Positions 1-9,164 of a stretch of 64,000 nt of DNA are shown here, piece by piece. Positions within the stretch are counted from its first letter, which is position 1; each line of letters opens with the position of its first letter. The translations under genes were made by a program, and so were the position numbers. The stretch covers positions 22,181 through 86,180 of the forward strand of contig CAUSDX010000003.1 in NCBI GenBank assembly GCA_963530615.1, in the 5' to 3' direction. Below the pieces are notes generated by a model that searched no databases, had not been told where the DNA came from, and was given only the letters and a program-made list of their open reading frames with translations. The DNA comes from an uncultured Flavobacteriaceae bacterium (GTDB lineage: Bacteria > Bacteroidota > Bacteroidia > Flavobacteriales > Weeksellaceae).

Positions 1-481
1 TTTTATAATAGTTATTTCCATTAGGATAAGTAATATCTGATTCTATAGATGTTAAACTTCCTCTTTGTCTTGTTTCTCCAAATTGATAAGCTAAACTCAA
101 CCCAAACATATGGGTAATTTGCTTGTCCAAACTCACATAAAAATTATAACTTGGAGTAAAACTTCTATCATTATAAGAAGTTAGGTCTCCTCTTGTTAAA
201 AGGGCTAAACCTCCTCCTACAGAAATCCCCCAATCTCTAAAAGCTCTCTCTTTATTATTAAATTTATGTACCTTACTACTTCCAGAAGTGAAAGTATTAT
301 ACTTAAATTTATCTCCACCATAATTTTTATACTCTCTCTCTGACTTTCTATAAAGATCGGTTGCATCCCTATTTACCTTGTTTAGTTCACCAACCTCTGG
401 ATTCATCCGCTCCTCCTGTGCAAATACAACGGTAGGAATAGATGCTCCCAAAGCCAACAATGTTAATAATTTTAAATTCAT
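1..481 (-). CDS. outer-membrane beta-barrel protein, OmpA-family-like N-terminal part (partial, runs off window start)
   Basis: Hand translation of the minus strand from the ATG at 481-479 is stop-free to position 1. It begins MNLKLLTLLALGASIPTVVFAQEE (signal peptide), followed by beta-strand-like segments (WGISVGGGLALL, MFGLSLAYQFGE). It is absent from the ORF track because it is truncated. Confidence 0.45.
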   Translation of the reverse strand, partial: MNLKLLTLLALGASIPTVVFAQEERMNPEVGELNKVNRDATDLYRKSEREYKNYGGDKFKYNTFTSGSSKVHKFNNKERAFRDWGISVGGGLALLTRGDLTSYNDRSFTPSYNFYVSLDKQITHMFGLSLAYQFGETRQRGSLTSIESDITYPNGNNYYK

Positions 482-496
482 ATTTGTTTTAATTTA

Positions 497-910
497 TTAT
501 AAACAATCTATTTCTCTTAACAATTTCCTTGAAAACCCTCTTAAAAACAAATGTCTATAATGAGGAATGTTTAATCTTTCACAAGAATAAATTATATCAT
601 CATACATTACTATATCGATATCTATTATCCTATCTCTATATTCACCATATACCGAAGAATCCCTCTCTCTTCCCATTTCTTTCTCTATGTTCTTTATTGC
701 ATTAAGCAATTTTATTGGAGAATATTCCGTATCAAAAATGACTGCAATATTACAAAAAATATTTAAGCTATCAAATTCAACAGGGAAAGTTTTTAAAATT
801 CCACTTCTTTTTATAACTCTTCCCATTTTTTCTAACTTAGAAATCGCAATCAAAATATGCTCTTTGGCATCTCCTATGTTACTCCCAAGCAACAATACTA
901 CTTTTTTCAT
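497..910 (-). CDS. folK: 2-amino-4-hydroxy-6-hydroxymethyldihydropteridine diphosphokinase (HPPK)
   Basis: 137-aa ORF. The N-terminus MKKVVLLLGSNIGD, the IIDIDIV motif and the size are typical of HPPK. Confidence 0.85.
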   Translation of the reverse strand: MKKVVLLLGSNIGDAKEHILIAISKLEKMGRVIKRSGILKTFPVEFDSLNIFCNIAVIFDTEYSPIKLLNAIKNIEKEMGRERDSSVYGEYRDRIIDIDIVMYDDIIYSCERLNIPHYRHLFLRGFSRKLLREIDCL

Positions 911-977
911 ATTTTTTTATTATTTTTTGTAACAAAATTTATTTTTTATATACTAATACTAATAAAATCTAAGTCTT

Positions 978-2732
978 ATGAAAAATTTTTTCAAAAATTT
1001 ATTTACGAACATTCTCGCTTTCTTTATTGCGATTTTTTTACTCCTATTCATGCTCATTATTGGAATTGTTGCAATAGCCTCCACAGATTCTGGCAAAGAT
1101 ATTAAAATAGAAGAAAACTCTGTACTTACTCTCTCTTTTCATAATCAAATCATTGACCATGATACTCAGTCTCAAATTTCTATTTTTGAATTTAATTCAA
1201 AACAAAATCTAAGAATCCAAGATATTCTCAACGCTATTGAAAAAGCTAAAACCGATGACAATATTAAAGGAATCAGCATAGAAACTGATTTTCTGTTTGC
1301 AGGAGCTACTCAATTAGAGGACTTAAGAAAAAGCCTTGAAGAATTTAAGAAAACCAAAAAATTTGTGTATGCTTACGGCAATAATGTTAATCAGGCAGCT
1401 TACTATTTAGGTTCAGTTGCTGACCAATATTTTCTAAATCCTGCAGGAGGAATTGAACTAAAAGGTATGGCTATAGAAACTACTTTTTTCAAAGAATTTG
1501 CGGATAAATATGGCATTGGGCTTAATGTCATCCGTCATGGAAAATTCAAAGCGGCAGTAGAACCTTTCTTCAGAAACGATATGTCTCCCGAAAACCGCGA
1601 ACAGATTACGACTCTTCTTGATGATATATGGACAGAAACATCCTCTCAAATCATGAAATCAAGAAAACTTAACCAAAATGAATTTAACACTATCGTAGAT
1701 AGCCTTTACGGAGTAATTCCTGATTTAAGCTTAAAACATCATTTAGCTGATAAACTCGTACAAAAATCTGAATATAAAGATTTCATCAAATCAAAACTAA
1801 ATATCAGTAAAAATGATAACCTTAATCAAATTTCCATATCAGATTATATTGAAACACTTTCAGAAACAAATCTCAGCACCGATAAAATAGGTGTTTTATA
1901 TGCTGCAGGAACAATCTATAATGGGAAAGAATTTACTAATATCCATTCCGAAAAATATGTTCAATACATCAAGGATTTAGCAGAAGATGATGATATCAAA
2001 GCGGTGGTTCTCCGTGTAAACTCTCCCGGGGGAAGTGCTAATGCTTCTGATGAGATTCTATTTGAACTCCAACAGCTGAAACAGAAAAAACCGCTCATCG
2101 TCTCATTTGGTGATTATGCAGCTTCTGGAGGGTATTACATCTCTATGGCAGCTGATAAAATCTATGCCCAAAACAAAACTATCACAGGTTCTATCGGTGT
2201 TTTTGGAATGATTCCTGATATTAAAAAATTGGCTCAAAACCAAGGTATACACTATGATATCGTAAGTACAAACGCAAACTCAAGTATGTTCTCTCCAATC
2301 TCAGGAATTACCCCTGGTACACTAAATATTTTGCACCAAAGTGTTCAAAGAACCTACAAAAGATTCATTCACTTCGTAGCACAAAATAGAAAGATGACTA
2401 CGGAGCAAGTGGATAAAATCGGAGAAGGTAGAGTGTGGAGCGGAAAGAGAGCTAAAGAAATAGGTCTAGTGGATGAAATAGGAAATCTGAATGATGCTAT
2501 TAAATTTGCAGCAAAAAAAGCAAAACTCAACAACTATCAAGTGGAAAATTACCCTGCTAAAATGGATAAGTTACAACAATTTTTTAGTAGTTTAGAGGAA
2601 GAAAACATTGCTGCAAAATACATAAAAAAACAAATCGGTGAAGAGCATTATAGTTTATTCCAACTTTTCTCTAACCCTCAACCAAAGAATAGTGTGCAAA
2701 TGATTTCACCTTATCAACTTCATATAAAATAA
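978..2732 (+). CDS. sppA: signal peptide peptidase SppA, 67K type
   Basis: 584 aa with an N-terminal TM segment and two S49/ClpP-like repeats (VNSPGGSA, GDYAASGGYY, GSIGVFG). Confidence 0.9.
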   Translation: MKNFFKNLFTNILAFFIAIFLLLFMLIIGIVAIASTDSGKDIKIEENSVLTLSFHNQIIDHDTQSQISIFEFNSKQNLRIQDILNAIEKAKTDDNIKGISIETDFLFAGATQLEDLRKSLEEFKKTKKFVYAYGNNVNQAAYYLGSVADQYFLNPAGGIELKGMAIETTFFKEFADKYGIGLNVIRHGKFKAAVEPFFRNDMSPENREQITTLLDDIWTETSSQIMKSRKLNQNEFNTIVDSLYGVIPDLSLKHHLADKLVQKSEYKDFIKSKLNISKNDNLNQISISDYIETLSETNLSTDKIGVLYAAGTIYNGKEFTNIHSEKYVQYIKDLAEDDDIKAVVLRVNSPGGSANASDEILFELQQLKQKKPLIVSFGDYAASGGYYISMAADKIYAQNKTITGSIGVFGMIPDIKKLAQNQGIHYDIVSTNANSSMFSPISGITPGTLNILHQSVQRTYKRFIHFVAQNRKMTTEQVDKIGEGRVWSGKRAKEIGLVDEIGNLNDAIKFAAKKAKLNNYQVENYPAKMDKLQQFFSSLEEENIAAKYIKKQIGEEHYSLFQLFSNPQPKNSVQMISPYQLHIK

Positions 2733-2746
2733 ATATTTTTAATAAA

Positions 2747-2778
2747 AAAGAGAGACATTTTAGTCCCTCTTTTTTTTA
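2747..2778 (+). terminator. intrinsic terminator after sppA
   Basis: Hairpin aagagagac/gtccctctt (one mismatch) followed by a T-run. Confidence 0.55.
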
Positions 2779-2882
2779 TTATCCAATAACTTGCATTTGA
2801 GATATAAACAATACTTCCCTATATTCAATCAAACAAATAACCATATTTAACAATTAAATAATTTTATTAAATATTACTCTAT

Positions 2883-3647
2883 TTATTCCTCTATATTTTT
2901 CAATCCCATTAAAAGCTGATAAGCACCTTTTGTTACAATTTTTTTATCCATAAAACTTTGGGAAATATTTACTAACTCGGTATAACCATTTTCAGAATTA
3001 CCAATCTGAACTTCCAACATTTTATAAGTCTTTGGTTTTAACTCTTCAAAAACATACTGCTTTCCTTCCCAAGTTACCACAGCATCATCAGAAATAGATG
3101 TACTTATTTTATTTTCCGTTTCTATTTTAGCATTCAAGAAAGTCCCTTTTGCTAAATGCTCTATTGAACCACCAAAATTACAATACACCAATACACTCCT
3201 ATCTACTTCAAAATTTTTTCCGATTAGGAATACATTGGCTACAAGTTGATTTTCAAGATTTTCATTACTAAAAGCATAAACTTTCTGCCCTACCCTAATT
3301 TTAGACAAATCTTTTTCAAAAACTTTTAAAACCAATTGTTTTTCATTAGTATTAATAATATCAAACAAAATCTATCCGCAGGAGAAACATATTGTCCTAA
3401 ACTAATATTAACCGCAGAAATATACCCAGAAATAGGAGCTTTAACTGCGATACTTTTGAATATTTCCTGAATGCAAACACTCTGGATTTACACCCAAAAT
3501 CCTCAACCTATCTGCTATTGCATTCATCATAATTTTTTGATTTTGAGCATCAGTATGAGCCATTTGCATTGCCTTATCACTGCTTTCTTTGTTTTCATTC
3601 CTTAAATTTATATTAAGAACAAATAAAACTTCAAATCTATTATTCAT
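2883..3647 (-). pseudogene. remnant of an RND-efflux periplasmic adaptor (HlyD/CzcB-type membrane fusion protein)
   Basis: ORFs 3441-3647 and 2883-3368 plus the gap (reads VKAPISGYISAVNISLGQYVSPADR in a third frame) are contiguous pieces of one adaptor protein. There are at least two frameshifts, near 3445-3460 and 3368-3372. The N-terminal part and the partner pump/OMF genes are absent. Confidence 0.75.
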
Positions 3648-3734
3648 TGATTAACAATACTTTACCTAAATCTAAAAGTGCATTCTGATGAAATTTCAGT
3701 ATATTATTCTTTCTTTTTGAATTAAAATTATAAT

Positions 3735-3779
3735 AAAAATAAACAAAAATCCTTCGGCAAAATTTACCAAAGGATTTTT
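3735..3779 (-). terminator. intrinsic terminator downstream of the 3849-6167 operon
   Basis: 10-bp stem aaaaatcctt/aaggattttt (3745-3779), followed by a T-rich run on the minus strand. Confidence 0.5.
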
Positions 3780-3848
3780 CATAAAACAACAATATAAACA
3801 ATAAATCTCTTTTCCTATGTAACAGATAATCAATTATTATTTTTTCCT

Positions 3849-5120
3849 TTATAACTCTGTAAAAGAAAGCCCTCTCTCCTTTAACAATTTTTCAGATTGT
3901 TCTTTATAATAACCTGAATCTAACTTTTCTTTTAATGCTTCAAATGCAGCTAAAGTTTCATTTATTTCCGCATCTGTATGAGAAGCTGTAGGAATTAATC
4001 TTAGTAAAATATTACCTTTTGGAATTACAGGATAAACCACTACGGAAGTAAAAATACCGTAATTTTCTCTCAAATCCTTCACTAATAAAGTAGCCTCCAC
4101 TGGTGAACCTTGAATAAATACTGGCGTTACGCAAGTGTTGGTCTCTCCTAAATTAAATCCTCTCTCTCTCAATCCATTCTGTAACTTCTTCACATTTTCC
4201 CAAAGTTTAGCCTTAATTTCTGGACGACTTCTTAAAAGTTCTAATCGTTTCAATCCTCCTATAACCATTGGCATTGTTAATGATTTTGCAAAAATTTGAG
4301 AACGAAGATTAAATTTCAAATATCTTACAATTTCTCTATCTCCTGCCACAAAAGCTCCAAAACCAGCCATTGATTTTGCAAATGTTGAAAAATAGACATC
4401 TATCTGATCTTGACACCCTTGCTCCTCTCCTGCTCCTGCACCTCTATGCCCCAAGGTTCCAAAACCATGAGCATCATCTACTAATAATCTGAAATTAAAT
4501 TTCTTTTTTAATTCACAAATTTCTTTCAGTTTTCCCTGTTGTCCTCTCATACCAAAGACCCCTTCAGTAATTACTAAAATTCCTCCACCATTTTCTTCTG
4601 CTACTTTGGTTGCTCTTTCCAAATTTTTCTCCAAACTAACCATATCATTATGTTTGTAAGTAAAACTCGTTCCAAAATGAAGCCTAACTCCATCAATAAT
4701 ACAAGCGTGAGAATCTGCATCATAAACAATCACATCTCTCCTCGTTACCAAAGCATCAATGATAGATACCATACCTTGATAACCAAAATTTAACAAATAC
4801 GCAGATTCTTTTTCAACAAACTCTGCTAATTCTTTCTCTAATTGCAAATGAGCCTCAGTCTCTCCAGACATTGCTCTTGCTCCCATTGGATAAAACATTC
4901 CATATTGAGCTGCCGCTTTAGCATCCGCTTCTAAAACTTCAGGATGATTACAAAGTCCTAAATAATCATTTGCTGACCAAAAAACCACCTCTCTTCCCTG
5001 AAATTTCATTCTCGGTCCAATAGGCCCCTCTAACTTTGGAAAAATAAAATACCCTTCTCCATAATCCGCGAACTGACCTAACGGTCCTGGATTTTGCTTA
5101 ATTCTTTCAAAAATATCCAT
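3849..5120 (-). CDS. PLP-dependent alpha-oxoamine synthase family protein (Spt/KBL-like; candidate cysteate-C-fatty acyltransferase CapB/SulA type)
   Basis: 423 aa. The NDYLGL, DDAHGFG and FSTFAKS(M) (PLP-lysine region) motifs are those of the AONS/KBL/serine palmitoyltransferase family. It lies 18 nt downstream of a CBS-like gene. Confidence 0.8.
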   Translation of the reverse strand: MDIFERIKQNPGPLGQFADYGEGYFIFPKLEGPIGPRMKFQGREVVFWSANDYLGLCNHPEVLEADAKAAAQYGMFYPMGARAMSGETEAHLQLEKELAEFVEKESAYLLNFGYQGMVSIIDALVTRRDVIVYDADSHACIIDGVRLHFGTSFTYKHNDMVSLEKNLERATKVAEENGGGILVITEGVFGMRGQQGKLKEICELKKKFNFRLLVDDAHGFGTLGHRGAGAGEEQGCQDQIDVYFSTFAKSMAGFGAFVAGDREIVRYLKFNLRSQIFAKSLTMPMVIGGLKRLELLRSRPEIKAKLWENVKKLQNGLRERGFNLGETNTCVTPVFIQGSPVEATLLVKDLRENYGIFTSVVVYPVIPKGNILLRLIPTASHTDAEINETLAAFEALKEKLDSGYYKEQSEKLLKERGLSFTEL

Positions 5121-5138
5121 AATTTCTTATTTTAATCT

Positions 5139-6167
5139 CTATTTTATAATTATTTCTTCGTTGTATTGACAAAATTTACTTTTAGTAAATCCCTGCTCTC
5201 TCATCCAATCATCACTATATATTTTAGTCATATATTTAGAACCATGATCTGGAAAAATCAAGACTACACAATCCTCTTCACTAAAAGGATTCGCCTCTGC
5301 ATATTGCATCAAACCTTGTACTACAGCCCCTGTTGTATACCCCCCCATAATTGCTTCTTTCATTGCAATTTCACGAGTCATATAAGCACTATCTTCGTCA
5401 TTTACTCTCACATATTCATCAATTTGATTAAAAAGTAAAGTATCTGGAATTAAATTTTTTCCAAGTCCTTCTATTTGATAAGAATGAATTTCACTTTTAT
5501 CAATTTTCCCTGTTTCATGATAAGTTTTTAGAATAGAACCATCAGCATCTACTCCTATAATTTTGATATTAGGATTTTTTTCTTTCAAATACTTCGCTGC
5601 CCCAGAGAGTGTCCCTCCCGTTCCCGTACAAGCTATTAAATGAGTAATTTTTCCTTGTGTCTGCTCCCAAATCTCTTTTCCAGTAGTCAAATAATGAGCT
5701 TCTATATTTAACTCATTAAAATACTGATTAATATAAATAGAATTAGGTGTTTCTTCTGCTATTTTCTTCGCTACCTCATAGTAAGAACGAGGGTCATCTG
5801 CTGGAACACTTGCAGGACAAACATAAACTTTCGCTCCTAACGCTCGTAAAAATGCAATTTTTTCTGGTTTGGTTTTATCACTTACTGCCAAAACACATTG
5901 ATAGCCCTTAATGATACTTATCATTGCCAAAGAAAATCCCGTATTTCCTGATGTAGTCTCTACGATAGTAGCCCCTGGCGTCAAAATTCCTCGCTCCTCA
6001 GCAACTTTTATAATATGTAATGCAATCCTATCTTTTACCGAATGTCCTGGGTTAAATGCTTCCAATTTAGCATATACTTTTGCAGAAATTCCTTCTACTA
6101 CATGATTTAATTTAACCATCGGCGTATTCCCCACCAAATCTAAAATACTATTATAAACATTATCCAT
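5139..6167 (-). CDS. PLP-dependent cysteine synthase/cystathionine beta-synthase-fold protein (candidate cysteate synthase CapA type)
   Basis: 342 aa with the SVKDR PLP-lysine motif, TSGNTG and GTGGT loops of fold-type II enzymes. Co-directional with and adjacent to the Spt-like gene. Confidence 0.8.
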   Translation of the reverse strand: MDNVYNSILDLVGNTPMVKLNHVVEGISAKVYAKLEAFNPGHSVKDRIALHIIKVAEERGILTPGATIVETTSGNTGFSLAMISIIKGYQCVLAVSDKTKPEKIAFLRALGAKVYVCPASVPADDPRSYYEVAKKIAEETPNSIYINQYFNELNIEAHYLTTGKEIWEQTQGKITHLIACTGTGGTLSGAAKYLKEKNPNIKIIGVDADGSILKTYHETGKIDKSEIHSYQIEGLGKNLIPDTLLFNQIDEYVRVNDEDSAYMTREIAMKEAIMGGYTTGAVVQGLMQYAEANPFSEEDCVVLIFPDHGSKYMTKIYSDDWMREQGFTKSKFCQYNEEIIIK

Positions 6168-6264
6168 TCAAAAAAAATTCTATAATTCTTCACAAAAATA
6201 AAAAATTATAAAAACATATACCTTCTCATTACTTCTAAAAGAAAGTTAATTTTTATAATTTAAT

Positions 6265-6621
6265 TCACTCTAAATACTTTTTCCAAACTCCAAAAGCTAA
6301 TAGTATACCAACCATATCTGCAACCCAATCTAATATTTCCATAGACCTACCTAAATCCATAGCTTCCTGTAATACCTCTGTTATCAAAGCATATCCACCC
6401 ATTATTCCTAAAAAAATTAGGAATCTATTTTTTACGAAAGATAACAAATAACTAAAAGCTAATAAAGCAAAAAGGAAGACATGAACACATTTATCCATTC
6501 CTTCAAAATTTAACGGTAAATCTTTTGACTTTATCTTTATAGGTTTGAGTAATATATATGTGAGAAATGCCCAATAAATGGGCAATATTCTATATCTAAA
6601 TAAACGGCGTATTTTATCCAA
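6265..6621 (-). CDS. VanZ family membrane protein
   Basis: 118 aa with 4 predicted TM segments. It overlaps the gcvH stop by 8 nt, the usual flavobacterial gcvH-vanZ pairing. Confidence 0.7.
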   Translation of the reverse strand: MDKIRRLFRYRILPIYWAFLTYILLKPIKIKSKDLPLNFEGMDKCVHVFLFALLAFSYLLSFVKNRFLIFLGIMGGYALITEVLQEAMDLGRSMEILDWVADMVGILLAFGVWKKYLE

Positions 6622-6991
6622 TAACTTCCTGATATTGTTTATCTGTCAATAATCCTGATAAATCAGCACCTTCTTCTATCTGTAATTTAATAATCCACCC
6701 CTTTCCATAAGGTTCTGTATTTATCAACTCTGGCTCATCTTCCAAACTTTGATTAAACTCAATTATTTTCCCAGAAACGGGTAAATATAAATCTGATACA
6801 GTCTTCACAGCTTCCACACTTCCATAAATCTCCCCTGCTTTTAATGTATCTTCCACACTGTCTACATCTACAAAAACAATATCTCCCAATTCCCCTTGTG
6901 CGAAATCTGTAATTCCTATAACAGCAATATTTTCATCAACCCTTACCCATGCATGGTCCTTTGTGTATTTTAATTCTTCTGGTATGTTCAT
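6614..6991 (-). CDS. gcvH: glycine cleavage system protein H
   Basis: 125 aa. YTKDHAWV and the lipoyl-lysine motif SVEAVKTVSD are present. Confidence 0.93.
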   Translation of the reverse strand: MNIPEELKYTKDHAWVRVDENIAVIGITDFAQGELGDIVFVDVDSVEDTLKAGEIYGSVEAVKTVSDLYLPVSGKIIEFNQSLEDEPELINTEPYGKGWIIKLQIEEGADLSGLLTDKQYQEVIG

Positions 6992-7097
6992 TTTGATTTA
7001 TTTTTCTTCAAATTTAATATTTTTTATTAGATAAAACAAATTTAATTTACAACAATAGAAATAATCTATTTTCTTTCATATTCTAACTTAATTTTTC

Positions 7098-7105
7098 TAA
7101 ATTTG
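7098..7105 (+). promoter_or_regulatory. Bacteroidota -7 promoter box (TAAATTTG)
   Basis: Matches TAnnTTTG, 19 nt upstream of the ATG at 7124. Confidence 0.55.
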
Positions 7106-7123
7106 TGAAAACTACAATAAATT

Positions 7124-7753
7124 ATGCCTAAAAAATTCAATCCAAAACAATTACATATCCTAAATGTAGCAGAGGAACTCATCTCCAAAAACGGCTTCAA
7201 AGATACCTCCATAAGAGATATTTCCTCCAAGGCAAAAGTAAATGTAGCTATGATTTCTTATTATTTTGGGTCAAAGGAAAAAATGATGAATGCCCTTTAT
7301 GAGTATCGAGTGCAAAGGAGTAAAGAAAAATTTTCAGAATTTACCCAAACTATCATTCACGGAAGACCCGACATGCAACTAAAAGAACTTATCAATTTCT
7401 TCGTGGGGGAACTTTTAAGATATAAGCATTTTCATGGTTTTGTTACACAAGAAATGCAACATGATGAAAGTACTCGGGATTTATTAACTGACTTCTATAT
7501 TATTGCAGTAAATATTATTGAGCGAATTATAGAAAGAGGCATCTCCATTGGACTGTTTACAAAGGCTATAAAAGCAGAAGATTTACTCTCTACACTCATT
7601 GGAACTGTTTTATTTACCATTAGGAATAAAGGATTTTATGCCAAATTTCTAAATTGCCACACAAGAGATTTACCCTACAATATAGAAGAAAAAGTAAAAT
7701 CACATCTCATTAATTGCACATTCTCACTTTTAGGATATGATGAGAGATTATAA
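7124..7753 (+). CDS. TetR/AcrR family transcriptional regulator
   Basis: 209 aa with an N-terminal HTH (GFKDTSIRDISSKAKVNVAMISYYFGSKE). Confidence 0.88.
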   Translation: MPKKFNPKQLHILNVAEELISKNGFKDTSIRDISSKAKVNVAMISYYFGSKEKMMNALYEYRVQRSKEKFSEFTQTIIHGRPDMQLKELINFFVGELLRYKHFHGFVTQEMQHDESTRDLLTDFYIIAVNIIERIIERGISIGLFTKAIKAEDLLSTLIGTVLFTIRNKGFYAKFLNCHTRDLPYNIEEKVKSHLINCTFSLLGYDERL

Positions 7754-7782
7754 AAATAATTTTTCGTATGAATAAAAAATTA

Positions 7783-7790
7783 TATCTTTG
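7783..7790 (+). promoter_or_regulatory. Bacteroidota -7 promoter box (TATCTTTG)
   Basis: Matches TAnnTTTG, 27 nt upstream of the ATG at 7817. Confidence 0.55.
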
Positions 7791-7816
7791 TAATTTAATC
7801 ATTTCTTAAACTTTTT

Positions 7817-8680
7817 ATGAAAAAATATATTGTATTAGCTACCATCTCAACGGTATTCTTCTCTTGTAACAGACAACATAATCTAGCCATGAAAAGTGCT
7901 GATAAAGAATTTATTCTCAGTACAGCTAATGATTTTTACGCAAGAAAAAAATGGTCTAAAGCTATTTCCTTATATGACCGTTTACCTAATCTAGTTGCTG
8001 GGACAGAAGATGCTCCAGAGGTAGTTTTCAAGTCCGCTTATGCTAATTTTTATGATAAAAATTATAAATTGGCAGGACATCAATTCAGAAATTTTGCTAA
8101 TACCTTTACTCGTGATATAAGAAGAGAAGAAGCAGCTTACATGTCTGCCGTTTCTTACTATGAGGAATCTCCTGAATATAACCTTGACCAATCTAGTACA
8201 GAATCGGCAATAAATTATCTTCAAGATTTCTTAAATGATTACCCAAACTCCGAAAGAGCAGAAGAAGCAAATAAAAAAATAGAAATTCTTACTAATAAAT
8301 TAGAAAAAAAACACTACGAATATGCTAGACAATATTTCAAAATGGCAGATTATCGCAGTGCTGTAGTTTCTTTTGAAAATTTATTAGAGGATTATCCTAG
8401 TACAAAATACAGACAACAAAGCATAGATTACATCATGAAGGCTAAATTTGAGTTAGGTATGCATTCCATCTATGATTTGAAAAAAGATCGTTTGGAAAAT
8501 GCTATTGCTTATGCCCGACAAATAGAAAATGATTATCCCAACACCAATTCAGCCAAAGACGCCCTTTCCATGAAAGAAAAACTAACCAAAGAATTGGAAA
8601 AACACCTCATCATCATGAAAGAAGTGGAGGCAAAAAAAGCAGAATTCCTTGAAAAACAAAAAGAAAGAGAACACAATTAA
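7817..8680 (+). CDS. bamD: outer membrane protein assembly factor BamD
   Basis: 287 aa. Lipoprotein-like N-terminus (FFSC), TPR-like repeats, and the conserved position upstream of rpoZ-coaBC. Confidence 0.85.
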   Translation: MKKYIVLATISTVFFSCNRQHNLAMKSADKEFILSTANDFYARKKWSKAISLYDRLPNLVAGTEDAPEVVFKSAYANFYDKNYKLAGHQFRNFANTFTRDIRREEAAYMSAVSYYEESPEYNLDQSSTESAINYLQDFLNDYPNSERAEEANKKIEILTNKLEKKHYEYARQYFKMADYRSAVVSFENLLEDYPSTKYRQQSIDYIMKAKFELGMHSIYDLKKDRLENAIAYARQIENDYPNTNSAKDALSMKEKLTKELEKHLIIMKEVEAKKAEFLEKQKEREHN

Positions 8681-8712
8681 TTTCAAATTTTGTTTTTCCT
8701 TTTTAATTTATT

Positions 8713-8720
8713 TATATTTG
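8713..8720 (+). promoter_or_regulatory. Bacteroidota -7 promoter box (TATATTTG)
   Basis: Matches TAnnTTTG, 20 nt upstream of the ATG at 8740. Confidence 0.55.
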
Positions 8721-8739
8721 CAAAATAATTTTTCCCAAG

Positions 8740-9060
8740 ATGAGAAACATTAAAAATACCAAAGCAGAAACAAACACTATCACTTATGATAGAAATACCA
8801 TAGAAGAAAAAGTGGGGAGCATCTACGAGGCCATTGTAATCATGGGTAGAAGAGCAGAGCAAATCAACTCTGAAATCAGAACTGAACTTCATAATAAATT
8901 AGATGAGTTTGCCGTTCATAATGCTACTTTAGAAGAAGTTTTTGAAAATAGAGAGCAAATAGAAATCTCTAAACATTATGAAAAACTTCCAAAACCTACC
9001 TCTATTGCTATTAGAGAATGGCTGGATGATGAAATATATTTCAGAAAAACCGACAAATAA
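8740..9060 (+). CDS. rpoZ: DNA-directed RNA polymerase subunit omega
   Basis: 106 aa. IYEAIVIMGRRAEQIN core and bamD-rpoZ-coaBC synteny. Confidence 0.8.
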   Translation: MRNIKNTKAETNTITYDRNTIEEKVGSIYEAIVIMGRRAEQINSEIRTELHNKLDEFAVHNATLEEVFENREQIEISKHYEKLPKPTSIAIREWLDDEIYFRKTDK

Positions 9061-9089
9061 AGTTTCTCTTTTCATATTATTAAAATTGA

Positions 9090-9117
9090 GTTGTAGTATT
9101 TTTACTACAACTTTTTT
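9090..9117 (+). terminator. intrinsic terminator after rpoZ
   Basis: 9-bp stem gttgtagta/tactacaac, 4-nt loop, T-run. Confidence 0.7.
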
Positions 9118-9151
9118 ATTTGCTATATTTTTATAGATATTTTTAATTATT

Positions 9152-9159
9152 TACCTTTG
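9152..9159 (+). promoter_or_regulatory. Bacteroidota -7 promoter box (TACCTTTG)
   Basis: Matches TAnnTTTG just upstream of the ATG at 9165. Confidence 0.45.
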
Positions 9160-9164
9160 CTTAC

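Noticed and set aside
378-1105. Small plus-strand ORFs around folK (378-560, 687-932, 857-1105), and similar short ORFs opposite sppA, pyrG, yidC, gyrB and sprA.
   Set aside because: They overlap well-supported genes on the opposite strand or in another frame, are hydrophobic and low-complexity as expected from AT-rich DNA, and have no promoter boxes or motifs.
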